Source: Thaumarchaeota archaeon CSP1-1
GTDB taxonomy: Archaea > Thermoproteota > Nitrososphaeria > Nitrososphaerales > Nitrosopumilaceae
Direction of reading: 5' to 3'
Length of the DNA: 33,426 nt
NCBI GenBank assembly: GCA_963919845.1
Contig: CAWTZT010000024.1
Location: 1 to 33,426, forward strand
Shown here: one piece after another, positions 25,230 to 33,426 of the stretch
How the letters are laid out: every line of letters starts with the position of its first letter
Numbering within the stretch: position 1 is the first letter of the stretch
Program-made: the position numbers and the translations under genes
Notes under the pieces: generated by a model
The model's database searches: none
Told to the model about the DNA's origin: nothing
The model's input: the letters and a program-made list of their open reading frames with translations, nothing else

Positions 25230-25698
25230 AATTTTAGATGCGAGCGGATTTTATGCTGGCATTCCTTTTGCATCTTCAGAAAAATTCTTTACTACATCTT
25301 TAATTTTTGAAGAAATTAAACACATTAAGAAAAATCAAGATGTATTGGGAGTTTTATTGGAAACAAATAGACTAGAAATAAAAGAACCTGAAAAAAAATA
25401 TACAGAATTAATCACAAAACAAGCAAAAAAAACTGGAGATTTTCAAAAGCTTTCTAAAGAAGATATATCATGTCTTGCTTTGGGTTTACAATTAAAGAGT
25501 GAGATAGTAACAGATGATTTTGCAATTTCAAATGTTGCAAAGAATTTAGGATTAAAGGTAATTCCAGTTATGACTAGAGGAATTAAGAATGTAGGAAATT
25601 GGATGTATTATTGTCCAGGATGTCACAAAAAATTTACTGGAATTTCAGATTGTCCTATATGTGGAAATAAGCTTAGAAGAAAATTACAAAGTGTTTGA
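25195..25698 (+). CDS. nob1: Nob1-like endoribonuclease (PIN domain plus C-terminal zinc ribbon)
   Basis: ILDASGFYAG....TSLIFEEIK (PIN N-terminus), ..VTDDFAISNVAKNLGL.., and CPGCHKKF-x8-CPICGNKL (Zn ribbon). The true start is probably internal (TTG 25219) rather than GTG 25195, which overlaps nadK. Confidence 0.7.
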   Translation: MDYVRWANLDSRILDASGFYAGIPFASSEKFFTTSLIFEEIKHIKKNQDVLGVLLETNRLEIKEPEKKYTELITKQAKKTGDFQKLSKEDISCLALGLQLKSEIVTDDFAISNVAKNLGLKVIPVMTRGIKNVGNWMYYCPGCHKKFTGISDCPICGNKLRRKLQSV

Positions 25699-25711
25699 AT
25701 TTTTCCCTTTG

Positions 25712-26398
25712 TTATGAATCATGTAATGTTTTTTGATTAGATTTCTTAAATAATTTGTTCTTGCTTTCAAGCATTTTTTTAATTTTTTTTGCACGAGATT
25801 CCCCAAGACCCTCAACTTTAGAAAGTTCAGTATATGGAGCTGTAAAAACACGTAGGGGTGACCCAAATTTTTTTAGCATTCGTATGGCTGTTTTTTCACC
25901 TACTCCTGGTAAACTGCACAAAGTTGAGAGCTGTTGTTTTTGAAGATCATTAGATTTTCTAATTTTTTTCAAAAATGGACCTTTATGGGATTGTTTTCTT
26001 GAACACATTGAGACTAGTAATTTTGCTGTGTGGGATGCACTTGAAGTAGGAATTATAGGTATTTTAAAATCAATAGCAATTGTTGATAATGCTCCATAAA
26101 AGATTAGAGGATTTTCAGTGATAGAATCAATTTCGTCAACATTTCCTTCTATCAAAATAATAGGATGTTGAAAATGTTCTTTTAATCTTGAACATTGATC
26201 AAAAAGTCTTCCATCAAAAATTGATGACATTAAATCTTGAATGCTTTTTCTTTCAACTACTGTTTCTGGTGCAACAATATAATCGCCTATAGGTAGCGTC
26301 TTTATCTCGATATTTACGCCAACTGCTTTTAGTAGATCAGGAATGCCACTTTTTTTTTCTCTATCGTCAATAACTATTCGAAGGTTGTTTAACTTCAC
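25712..26398 (-). CDS. xpf: Short-form XPF/ERCC4 structure-specific nuclease with (HhH)2 domain
   Basis: IVIDDREKKSGI....LPIGDYIV....VERKSIQDLMSSIFDGRLFDQ (ERCC4 GDxn-ERK motif) plus C-terminal LPGVGEKTAIRMLKKFGS (HhH). GTG start. Confidence 0.8.
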   Translation of the reverse strand: MKLNNLRIVIDDREKKSGIPDLLKAVGVNIEIKTLPIGDYIVAPETVVERKSIQDLMSSIFDGRLFDQCSRLKEHFQHPIILIEGNVDEIDSITENPLIFYGALSTIAIDFKIPIIPTSSASHTAKLLVSMCSRKQSHKGPFLKKIRKSNDLQKQQLSTLCSLPGVGEKTAIRMLKKFGSPLRVFTAPYTELSKVEGLGESRAKKIKKMLESKNKLFKKSNQKTLHDS

Positions 26399-26428
26399 AA
26401 AAAAAGATTTGTTTTGTTCTTTAATATT

Positions 26429-26830
26429 TTATTTGGGTGGTGGTGGTTTTGATTGGGTACCTGTTGTAGCACCTAAGGCTGAACCTTTCATCATTTCATT
26501 AATTTTAGCTTCTTGTTCTTGGAGTGTTTCTTTTATTCGTGTTTCTTGTTTTGATAAAACAGTAGAACGTGTCTTTGCTAATTCTTTTCTTTCCTCAAGA
26601 TCAGCTATTAGATCATTTTTGTTTGATTTAATTAGAATAGAGCCTGCATGTTTATAGACTGTATCATTTTCTGAGGCTTTTCTTAACTCTTCTAGGGCTT
26701 TTTCCGTCTCTAATTGTTCAAATTGAAGCTGTTGTTTTTGAGCAGAAATTGATTGAAGATTTTGTTGAGATTGTTGCATTTTTACCAATTGTTCTTGTAA
26801 CCAGGGAGGAATTTGTTGACCAGATGACAT
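26429..26830 (-). CDS. pfdB: Prefoldin beta subunit
   Basis: 133 aa. Coiled-coil/beta-hairpin/coiled-coil layout (QQLQFEQLETEKALEEL....VYKHAGSILIK....LEERKE...). Sits in the conserved position downstream of L37Ae/Pcc1. Carries an extra Gly/Thr/Pro-rich tail ...GATTGTQSKPPPPK. Confidence 0.8.
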   Translation of the reverse strand: MSSGQQIPPWLQEQLVKMQQSQQNLQSISAQKQQLQFEQLETEKALEELRKASENDTVYKHAGSILIKSNKNDLIADLEERKELAKTRSTVLSKQETRIKETLQEQEAKINEMMKGSALGATTGTQSKPPPPK

Positions 26831-26855
26831 TTGAATCCTTCAATAGATTGTTTTC

Positions 26856-27101
26856 TTATATTTTTACCGATTCAATAGAATCAAAACTTGCCTGAATGAG
26901 TCGTAATGTAGAGTTTAAATTTGCACGTAAATGGGGAATTTGTTTTGAATGAATCATAATGGTTATTTCTTTATCAAAAGATATTTTTGTTTTAGTTGGG
27001 TTTTCAGGATAAAATTTGTTATCAGTATGAATTGAATCAAAAATTGCTTTGGTTTTTTCTTTGGCATCTACCTTAATTTTAGCATCAATTTGGAATGTCA
27101 T
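26856..27101 (-). CDS. pcc1: KEOPS subunit Pcc1-like protein
   Basis: 81 aa. ...ITIMIHSKQIPHLRANLNSTLRLIQASFDSI fits the Pcc1 (CTAG/Pcc1) LRAxLNSxLRL motif. Position between L37Ae and prefoldin beta is conserved. Confidence 0.55.
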   Translation of the reverse strand: MTFQIDAKIKVDAKEKTKAIFDSIHTDNKFYPENPTKTKISFDKEITIMIHSKQIPHLRANLNSTLRLIQASFDSIESVKI

Positions 27102-27294
27102 ATGCAGTTCCTGCTATTTTATATCCACATTTTTTGCAAAGCCAAATTCCAACTGCTTGTCGTCTAAATTGTATTGAACCACAATCAGGGCAATGTCTTT
27201 TTGCTTTCATAAGCTTATGAATTAGAGTGAATTTTTTTCTAGGTTTGAGGCCGTATCTTGCTCCAAGACCCTTTAGTGATGTTTTTTTTCCCAA
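27085..27294 (-). CDS. rpl37ae: 50S ribosomal protein L37Ae (eL43)
   Basis: GARYGLKPRKKF....CPDCGS...RRQAVGIWLCKKCGYKIAGTAY (C4 zinc ribbon). TTG start (complement of caa 27292-94). 17-nt overlap with pcc1. Confidence 0.85.
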   Translation of the reverse strand: MGKKTSLKGLGARYGLKPRKKFTLIHKLMKAKRHCPDCGSIQFRRQAVGIWLCKKCGYKIAGTAYDIPN

Positions 27295-27296
27295 AT

Positions 27297-28115
27297 CTAA
27301 CTGCTGCCTTTAGTTGATTCCTTAATAATTTCTCGTATTTTTGCACCAATTGTGATAGACTTTTCAGAACATTTGATAAGTTGTTCTAAAGTAAATCCAT
27401 CAGAACCTCCTTTTTGAAGAGCACAAATATTGCCATCAGAATTTGTAGTAATAGTTATTCTAGCATCCATACATGCCCATTCATCAGCATTTGGATCAAC
27501 TATGATATGCTCACCTATTCTACCCATTGTAACTGAAGTAGGAATTGTGGTAATGGGAGGCGATGATTCTTGACCTTCAACAAGAACAGGAAGTTCGTCT
27601 TTGATTTCCCATTTTGGAATTTTACAAGATAGAATAGCTGCAGTTGATGCATAAGAACATGCATCAAACAAGTTTCCATCATGATCAATTACACTATTAT
27701 CAGAAAATATTGCAATCACTGATTTGTCCTTTATCAAAACCAATTGAGACATATCTATCATGGAGCTCTCCCTTATTCCGCGGTCAACAACTCTTGCAAG
27801 TTCAATAACATCTTCACCTGGAGGACCAGGTTCTGCAGTAGGATGTGCTAAAGGAAGAATTTCTGCAGTACAAATGAATATTCCCTTATCACCCATATCT
27901 GGAAAAGGTCTATCAGGTTGAATCTTTATTCCTGCAATAACTTCAGTATCTCCCAATTTTACACGAGCAGAACCATTTGCTTTTGGAATTACTCCAGTTT
28001 CTATTGTAAGCTTTCTATGTTCATCAAATGCTCTACCATCAACCCTTTGACCACTTTCTAATAATTTCAGAATTTTGTTTCTTTGTAGTTCATCTAATAT
28101 TGATACGTTAGTCAT
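27297..28115 (-). CDS. rrp42: Exosome complex RNase PH-like subunit Rrp42
   Basis: 272 aa. RVDGRAFDEHRKLTIETGVIPKANGSARVKLGDTEVIAGIK... is an RNase PH fold lacking the Rrp41 phosphate-site motif. Operon position is after rrp41. Confidence 0.85.
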   Translation of the reverse strand: MTNVSILDELQRNKILKLLESGQRVDGRAFDEHRKLTIETGVIPKANGSARVKLGDTEVIAGIKIQPDRPFPDMGDKGIFICTAEILPLAHPTAEPGPPGEDVIELARVVDRGIRESSMIDMSQLVLIKDKSVIAIFSDNSVIDHDGNLFDACSYASTAAILSCKIPKWEIKDELPVLVEGQESSPPITTIPTSVTMGRIGEHIIVDPNADEWACMDARITITTNSDGNICALQKGGSDGFTLEQLIKCSEKSITIGAKIREIIKESTKGSS

Positions 28116-28117
28116 GA

Positions 28118-28852
28118 TTAATCTCCATTATTTGCAAAATACTTGTCGCGAATTGCTTGTTTTTGGATTTCGTATACTTTTTTGCATCCCACTATGGCTG
28201 TTTCAACACATTTTTTGTATTCTTCTGGTGTCAATACTCCATCTAACTGAATTAATGTAATTTTTTCCAAGTTTGGCATATAGCCAACAGGCATATCTGC
28301 TTGGCCAGATTGATCTTCTTCATTATTAACATCTAAAATAATAGTGTCAGCAACTTTTCCTGCAGCACATGCAGATACCATGTCTCTCATTGGAATTCCC
28401 GCATCAGCTAATGCTACAGAGGCAGCAGCAAGTGCTGCACATCTTGAACCACCATCAGCTTGAAGAACTTCAATAAAAACATCTACAGAAGTTCTTGGAA
28501 ATTTATCAAGAATTAAAGCAGGTTGTAAGGCTTCTTTTATTACTTTTCCAATTTCAATTTCTCTTCTAGAGGGGGCTGGACTTTTTCTTTCAGTTACAGA
28601 AAATGGGGACATGTGGTATCGACATCTAATAATACCTGTATCAGTATTAGCCAAATGTTTGGGATGAACATCTCTAGGACCAAAAACTCCAACTACAATT
28701 TTGTTATCCCCAAATTCAATATAGGCAGAACCATTTGCATTTTTTAGGACACCAGCCTTAATGGTTACCTTACGAGTTTCATCGATTTTTCTTCCGTCAC
28801 ATCTTATTCCATTCTCATCTAGTAATACTACACTAGGTTCTTTTCCACCCAT
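28118..28852 (-). CDS. rrp41: Exosome complex exonuclease Rrp41 (RNase PH-type catalytic subunit)
   Basis: 244 aa. RCDGRKIDETRKVTIKAGVLKNANGSAYIEFGDNKIVVGVFGPR......QADGGSRCAALAAASVALADAGIPMRD. Confidence 0.9.
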   Translation of the reverse strand: MGGKEPSVVLLDENGIRCDGRKIDETRKVTIKAGVLKNANGSAYIEFGDNKIVVGVFGPRDVHPKHLANTDTGIIRCRYHMSPFSVTERKSPAPSRREIEIGKVIKEALQPALILDKFPRTSVDVFIEVLQADGGSRCAALAAASVALADAGIPMRDMVSACAAGKVADTIILDVNNEEDQSGQADMPVGYMPNLEKITLIQLDGVLTPEEYKKCVETAIVGCKKVYEIQKQAIRDKYFANNGD

Positions 28853-28854
28853 AA

Positions 28855-29535
28855 TTATACACCGCTTGATTCTAACATTGATTTTATCCTATCTGTAAGG
28901 TTAGCAATATGTGCTTTTTCGTCAACCATTTTGATTGCTTTGACAGCCTTTAATAATCCATCTGGATTTTCACAGGAAACTACCACCAATCCATTTTGCC
29001 CAATTGTAATTGTTGCATTAGTTCCATTCTCAATAAGTTGAATCATTGTTCCCTGCTTTCCTATAAGACGAGGAACTTTGCTTGGGGAAATTCTAACAAG
29101 TTCACCTGAATCAATCTTTCCAAGTTCTCTGTCATTAATTGTGATTAAAGGATCACGAGATCTATCAAAATTGGCAATTCTTGCAGCAACTAAATCACCT
29201 TTTTTAAGTTTTGCAGTCATGTCATCTGAACTTGCTTGAAAATTTCTGCCAAAAACATCAGATGCGGGTAGCATTCCTGAATAACAAGAATTAATGTTAA
29301 GCTCCCAAGAAAGGGAACTATGTGAAACGATTTTTCCAATTATTAGGTCATTATATTTTGGAATATAGGTTCCAGTTAATGGTATAACCTTAACACTATC
29401 ATCGTAAATTTCAGAAATTCCTATGGCTGTTGCCATAATACGTTCACCATCAAGGATAACATTTTGTTCTGGTCGGTATGGGCCTGTTGTAATTACATCG
29501 CCAGGAATTACATACTTTCTTTTATTTTCGCCCAT
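28855..29535 (-). CDS. rrp4: Exosome RNA-binding cap subunit Rrp4 (N-terminal, S1 and KH domains)
   Basis: 226 aa. VIPGD.I....Y....... GDLVAARI (S1-like), and VPRLIGKQGTMIQLIENGTNATITIGQNG (KH GxxG). Confidence 0.85.
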   Translation of the reverse strand: MGENKRKYVIPGDVITTGPYRPEQNVILDGERIMATAIGISEIYDDSVKVIPLTGTYIPKYNDLIIGKIVSHSSLSWELNINSCYSGMLPASDVFGRNFQASSDDMTAKLKKGDLVAARIANFDRSRDPLITINDRELGKIDSGELVRISPSKVPRLIGKQGTMIQLIENGTNATITIGQNGLVVVSCENPDGLLKAVKAIKMVDEKAHIANLTDRIKSMLESSGV

Positions 29536-30224
29536 TATTTCAATACCTCAACAGAAGCAGTGCCTTTTGTTATTGAACCCAATCTATCAATCACGTTTGG
29601 CCTTGCGGCTGCAGGTATTTCTAGTATTGCTTTTAATGAACCATTTGATTGCCATTCTTCTTTTTTCAAAGTTCCAGTTGACTTTAACACAGAATAGGAT
29701 TGAGCTGCATACTGAGCAGGTACAATTATTTCTAAATTCAAATTTTCTGATTTTAATGGAATTATAGAACGTAGTTTTTCTACAATATCCTTAACTTGAT
29801 CATCTACAGTTTTGTGCGGATCAATTGAAACTCTACCATCTTCCATTGCTTGTTGTATTCTAAGTGGTGGATGAGGCAAGTGAGATTTTGGATCAACATA
29901 GGTTTTAGCAATATATTCAACAACTTGTTTTTGTTTTTCTGAAGTCATTTTTCGTCTCTGGTCTGTGGTAAGGTTAAGGTCTCCTTTTTGAACAATTATT
30001 TCTATGATGGCAGTCTGGTCTGTTGTTTTGAAAGCCTTTTGTAGTTTTTCAGTTGATGCTCTTGTTCCTTTATTGGAATCAGAATAAATTTCATCAGAAA
30101 CTAAAATGGAGGAAATATCTTTTCTTTTTCCTAGTCTGTATTCTAGAGCAGGATCAGGTTTTACCAAAATTTCAAATTTTTCTCCTGCAAAGGAGTATCT
30201 GATTACTGTCACTTTGTCAACCAT
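29535..30224 (-). CDS. SBDS/Sdo1-family ribosome maturation protein
   Basis: 229 aa. VIRYSFAGEKFEILVKPD.ALEYR........ILVSDEIYSDSNKGTRAS...L.KAF.TTD......IVQKG is the classic SBDS N-terminal FYSH domain. 1-nt overlap with the rrp4 start. Confidence 0.85.
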   Translation of the reverse strand: MVDKVTVIRYSFAGEKFEILVKPDPALEYRLGKRKDISSILVSDEIYSDSNKGTRASTEKLQKAFKTTDQTAIIEIIVQKGDLNLTTDQRRKMTSEKQKQVVEYIAKTYVDPKSHLPHPPLRIQQAMEDGRVSIDPHKTVDDQVKDIVEKLRSIIPLKSENLNLEIIVPAQYAAQSYSVLKSTGTLKKEEWQSNGSLKAILEIPAAARPNVIDRLGSITKGTASVEVLK

Positions 30225-30250
30225 GATTTGGATAATTAGGGACTTTGTTA

Positions 30251-30260
30251 TTTATCTATA
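30251..30260 (+). promoter_or_regulatory. TATA-box candidate for the rpoD-rpl18e-rpl13-rps9 operon
   Basis: tttatctata is centred about 30 nt upstream of the TTG start at 30285, in the 60-nt divergent spacer shared with the SBDS/exosome operon. Confidence 0.35.
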
Positions 30261-30284
30261 CATTAGTGCTCGCTAGATTTTTAT

Positions 30285-30953
30285 TTGGACATTGAAATTT
30301 TTCATTACGATTTGCCTTCTTTAGAAATTTTGAGCCAAGATGATAAAGAAATGTCTATAAAACTCAAAGGGATATCCTTACAATATGCCAATGCTTTAAG
30401 GAGAATTTGTTTAAATGGTGTCCCTGTTTTTGCAATAGATACAGTTGATATTATTGAAAATTCATCTGTACTTGCAGATGAGGGAATCGCACACAGACTT
30501 GGGCTGATTCCTCTTAAAACTGATTTATCGAGATTTGTTGAACCTTCTAAATGTGAGTGCCATAGTGAAAGTGGATGTTCAAATTGCAGAGTAATGTTAA
30601 TGATTGATGTAGGAGAGTCAGATACTACGAGAACAGTATATTCAAACGAACTAACTTCTGAAGATGATACAGTCAAACCTACATCAGATAAAATTCCTAT
30701 TGTTGTAATGGCTCCAGGTCAGCGTCTAAAAATTGAAGCTTATGCACGACTTGGAAGAGGAACAGAACATGCCAAATGGAATTCTTCTAACATTTCAACA
30801 TTAGTTAATACTGAAAAGGAAGGAGAGTATTTGTTGACAGTAGAATCTACTGGTGCATTAACTCCCCAACAGATTTTCATTGAGGGGATTGGAGAGCTTT
30901 CAATGAGACTAGAAGAATTTAAAACAATTCTAAAAGAGATTAAAACTGCTTAA
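30285..30953 (+). CDS. rpoD: DNA-directed RNA polymerase subunit D (Rpo3, Rpb3 homologue)
   Basis: YANALRRICLNGVPVFAIDTVDIIENSSVLADEGIAHRLGLIPL is the RpoD/Rpb3 dimerisation-domain signature. TTG start in the track. Confidence 0.85.
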   Translation: MDIEIFHYDLPSLEILSQDDKEMSIKLKGISLQYANALRRICLNGVPVFAIDTVDIIENSSVLADEGIAHRLGLIPLKTDLSRFVEPSKCECHSESGCSNCRVMLMIDVGESDTTRTVYSNELTSEDDTVKPTSDKIPIVVMAPGQRLKIEAYARLGRGTEHAKWNSSNISTLVNTEKEGEYLLTVESTGALTPQQIFIEGIGELSMRLEEFKTILKEIKTA

Positions 30954-30993
30954 GCCAACACATTATATTTGGGTTTACAAACGCCTTATTCAA

Positions 30994-31341
30994 ATGCTTA
31001 CTCAGGAAGTTATTCTAATGATAAAACAGCTAAAAAAAGCGTCAGCAAAGAACAAGGCTCCTATTTGGTCAAAACTTGCACAGCTTGCTCTAAAACCCAA
31101 TTCTGTAAAAAGAGTAGTTAATTTAACAAAGATTAATTCTCTAACCAAAGAAAATGATGTTGTAATAGTTCCTGGAAAAATATTGGCCACAGGAAATATT
31201 GATCATAAAATAACATTATCCTCATTTTCAATTTCAAATTCAGCTGCTAAAAAAATTATAGAGTCTGGCAGTAAAATTTTAAGTTTTTCAGAAATTATTG
31301 AAAAAGTTCCCAACGGAAATGGAGTGAAATTAATTGGCTAG
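30994..31341 (+). CDS. rpl18e: 50S ribosomal protein L18e
   Basis: 115 aa. ....KNKAPIWSKLAQLALKP......VNL.KIN..T.ENDVVIVPGKILATG.IDHKITL...S.S..A. Conserved position between rpoD and rpl13. Confidence 0.8.
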   Translation: MLTQEVILMIKQLKKASAKNKAPIWSKLAQLALKPNSVKRVVNLTKINSLTKENDVVIVPGKILATGNIDHKITLSSFSISNSAAKKIIESGSKILSFSEIIEKVPNGNGVKLIG

Positions 31342-31801
31342 CCAACAAGAAAAAGTTGTAGAAAAATCAGGTAGCCAAATTATTGTTGATGGTACAGATC
31401 ATATTGCTGGAAGGCTTTGTTCCAATGTTGCAAAGTTGTTAATCCAAGGTAATAGAGTATCTGTTGTAAATTGTGATAAAATTATGATTAGTGGTAAGCG
31501 AAAAAGCATTGTTGGAGAATACAAAGCCTTTCTTGAAATTGCAAGTATTGTACATCCAAAACATGGGCCTTTTCATCCAAGACGTCCTGATACAATGATT
31601 ACTAGAATGATACGAGGTATGCTTCCAAGAAAGAAACCTTCTGGACAGGCTGCATTCAAGCGACTTCGTGCATATATTAATTTTCCAAAAGAGCTAAAAT
31701 CTTTAAAAAAAATTCAATTTGAAAATGCAAAAATTAGAAAATCAAATTCTTATTTTACTAGCATGGCTAGTCTTGGAGAAACAATAGGGTGGACTAAATG
31801 A
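31334..31801 (+). CDS. rpl13: 50S ribosomal protein L13 (uL13)
   Basis: IVDGTDHIAGRLCSNVAKLLIQGNRVSVVNCDKIMISG.........HP......P......RMIRGMLPRKK.SG..AFKRLRAY. TTG start overlapping the rpl18e stop. Confidence 0.9.
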   Translation: MASQQEKVVEKSGSQIIVDGTDHIAGRLCSNVAKLLIQGNRVSVVNCDKIMISGKRKSIVGEYKAFLEIASIVHPKHGPFHPRRPDTMITRMIRGMLPRKKPSGQAAFKRLRAYINFPKELKSLKKIQFENAKIRKSNSYFTSMASLGETIGWTK

Positions 31802-32244
31802 TTATCAAGACTGAGATTTATTATGCAACAAGAAAGACGTCTAGTGCACATGTCTATATCACAAAAGGGGTTGGGAAGGTTAGAATCAACAACGTCCCAG
31901 TTGAGATGATTCAACAAGAAACAGCTCGAGAAGTAATGTTAGCACCTCTTGAAGTTTCTGGAGATTTACGAAACAAAGTAAACATTTCTGTACGTGTTAA
32001 AGGTGGAGGATTCATGGGTCAAGCAAATGCTACTGCAACTGCTATTACAAGGGCCTTAATTGGATGGACAAAATCAAAAAAAGAACCACGGGATCATCCC
32101 TTAACAAAATCTACTCGAGAAGATCTAAGAAATAGAATCAACGAATTTGACAAGTATCTCATTAGTGGAGATGCGAGAAGAAAGGAGCCCAAAAAATTTG
32201 GTGGCCCTGGAGCTAGAAGAAGAAAACAAAAGTCTTATCGTTAG
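31798..32244 (+). CDS. rps9: 30S ribosomal protein S9 (uS9)
   Basis: GKVRINNVP........RE.MLAPLE.......V.ISVRVKGGGFMGQANATATAITRAL......L.SGDARRKEPKKFGGPGARRRKQKSYR. ATGA overlap with rpl13. Confidence 0.9.
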   Translation: MIIKTEIYYATRKTSSAHVYITKGVGKVRINNVPVEMIQQETAREVMLAPLEVSGDLRNKVNISVRVKGGGFMGQANATATAITRALIGWTKSKKEPRDHPLTKSTREDLRNRINEFDKYLISGDARRKEPKKFGGPGARRRKQKSYR

Positions 32245-32247
32245 AAC

Positions 32248-32979
32248 GTGAAAGCAGTAATTTTAGCAGGTGGCAAAGGAACACGAGGAAGACCTTTTAC
32301 AGATTTTTTCCCCAAAGCCATGATTCCTGTAAATGGAAAACCGTTAATTGATGTCATCGTTAATTACATTTCGTCCTTTGATTTCATAGACCAAACAATA
32401 ATAGTTTCTGACTTTACAGGACTGGGAAGTCAGGTAAAACATTATTTTGAAGGAAAGAATGATTCAAAAAAAATAAAGTTTGTGCAAGATTCTGGTAGCG
32501 GAACAGGAGGGGATCTGCTTTATGTATCCAAGTTTTTAAAAAATACTCCTGAATTTGTCTTGTGGTTTGTTGATAATTTATGTGCAATTGATATTAAAAA
32601 AATGAGTAAATTTTTCAAGGAAAAAAAATCACTAGCATGTATTGCTACAAGAATCTACAGGAAAGAAGAAACAGGTTTTGCAACTGTAAAGGATGGAATT
32701 ATTACAAAATTTATTGAAAAACCTCTAGTCAAGCTCAAGGACCAAGAATGTTTGGGAGTTTACATCCTAAAAACAAAAATTTTAGAAGAAATAAAGAAAA
32801 AATCTAAATCAAAAAAACAGATTAATTTGTCGTTTGATATTTTAGAAAAATTATCAAAGAAAAAGCTTGTCTGTGCCTATGATATTGGGAATAAACCATG
32901 GATTGATGTAGAATCTCCTGCAATTTTAGAACGTAATGAAAAAACAGTCAATCAAATTATACAACAAATGAAAAAATGA
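32248..32979 (+). CDS. Sugar-phosphate nucleotidyltransferase (NDP-sugar pyrophosphorylase family)
   Basis: MKAVILAGGKGTRGRPFTDFFPKAMIPVNGKPLID is the canonical G-x-G-T-R-x(n)-K NTP_transferase N-terminus. GTG start 3 nt after the rps9 stop. Confidence 0.8.
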   Translation: MKAVILAGGKGTRGRPFTDFFPKAMIPVNGKPLIDVIVNYISSFDFIDQTIIVSDFTGLGSQVKHYFEGKNDSKKIKFVQDSGSGTGGDLLYVSKFLKNTPEFVLWFVDNLCAIDIKKMSKFFKEKKSLACIATRIYRKEETGFATVKDGIITKFIEKPLVKLKDQECLGVYILKTKILEEIKKKSKSKKQINLSFDILEKLSKKKLVCAYDIGNKPWIDVESPAILERNEKTVNQIIQQMKK

Positions 32980-32985
32980 ATTATT

Positions 32986-33426
32986 TTAATTGAAATTTCT
33001 TTTTTCATATTCAGCAATTTTATCTTGGTATTGAAGAGTTTGAGTAATATCATCTAGACCTTCAAGCAATGTTTTTTTTCGAAAATCATCAATTTCAAAA
33101 TGAATTGATTTATCATCAAATTTAATTGTCTGGCTCTCCAAATCAATTGATAGATTACTTTCTGTATCAAACAAATCTTGTACTTGTTTTGAATCAAGAA
33201 TTATTGGTAAAATTCCATTTTTGAAACAATTATCATAAAAAATATCGGCAAATGATGGTGCAATAATTACATTAAATCCATAATCTTTTAGTGCCCACGC
33301 AGCATGCTCCCTGCTTGAACCACAACCAAAATTTTCTCGAGTTAAGAGAATTTTTGAACCAGCATATTTTGAGTTATTCAATACAAAATCATTTTTTGGT
33401 TTATTGTTCTGATCAAATCTCCAGTC
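32986..33426 (-). CDS. leuD: 3-isopropylmalate (or homologous) dehydratase small subunit, C-terminal part; 5' end off window
   Basis: [50 protein letters not shown] is the LeuD signature. The frame stays open upstream of the track's TTG (33381) to the window edge ([20 protein letters not shown]...), so the gene is truncated by the window. Confidence 0.85.
   Translation of the reverse strand, partial: DWRFDQNNKPKNDFVLNNSKYAGSKILLTRENFGCGSSREHAAWALKDYGFNVIIAPSFADIFYDNCFKNGILPIILDSKQVQDLFDTESNLSIDLESQTIKFDDKSIHFEIDDFRKKTLLEGLDDITQTLQYQDKIAEYEKRNFN

Noticed and set aside
5548-31190. Remaining short antisense or overlapping track ORFs (5548..5739, 7010..7198, 7666..7908, 11767..11964, 14244..14477, 15849..16040, 19234..19485, 19738..19956, 20087..20344, 20855..21049, 21247..21483, 22173..22451, 22189..22428, 22476..22739, 24007..24192, 24323..24691, 25684..25866, 25755..25943, 26343..26657, 28075..28260, 29423..29767, 29464..29697, 30305..30676, 31002..31190)
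   Set aside because: Each lies entirely or mostly inside, and usually antisense to, a longer ORF with clear family motifs. These are typical shadow ORFs in an AT-rich genome and have no independent evidence.
1-33426. CRISPR arrays, rRNA genes, IS elements or transposases, prophage genes
   Set aside because: I scanned the intergenic regions and ORF translations. No regularly spaced direct repeats, no transposase or integrase motifs, and no rRNA-like conserved stretches were found.

Overview
AT-rich archaeal chromosome segment. The gene content points to a marine ammonia-oxidising thaumarchaeon of the Nitrosopumilus type, but that is an inference, not a database match. Supporting content: exosome superoperon, L10e, L37Ae, L18e, tRNA-splicing endonuclease, short XPF, Nob1, prefoldin beta, Pcc1, and giant NHL/HYR surface proteins.

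Most of the window is compact core housekeeping sequence:
- SBDS-Rrp4-Rrp41-Rrp42-L37Ae-Pcc1-prefoldin beta on the minus strand.
- A divergent RpoD-L18e-L13-S9 cluster.
- NAD kinase-Nob1, XPF, L10e, EndA, tRNA-Glu(CUC), tRNA-Gly(GCC), a CPA2 antiporter, and a LeuD fragment.

The less ordinary parts are:
1. A 1462-aa secreted NHL + 13xHYR + RTX-repeat protein downstream of an ABC-2 exporter.
2. A patch of lineage-specific ORFs around tRNA-Glu. It includes an orphan PLD-like nuclease domain with the catalytic His replaced, and an ORF absent from the track that encodes a 47-aa peptide with 9 Cys in CxC pairs (metallothionein-like).
3. A 375-bp, relatively GC-richer intergenic region holding a candidate C/D-box sRNA and a 35-aa C2H2-like ORF behind a perfect palindrome.
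4. A rhodanese / 103-aa / N-terminally extended Sulfolobus-type 7Fe-ferredoxin operon next to a CslA-like processive GT2 synthase.

I saw no CRISPR array, rRNA, transposase, integrase or obvious prophage. Nothing here is a demonstrably new multi-gene system. The items above are hypotheses that need homology and structure searches I cannot run.
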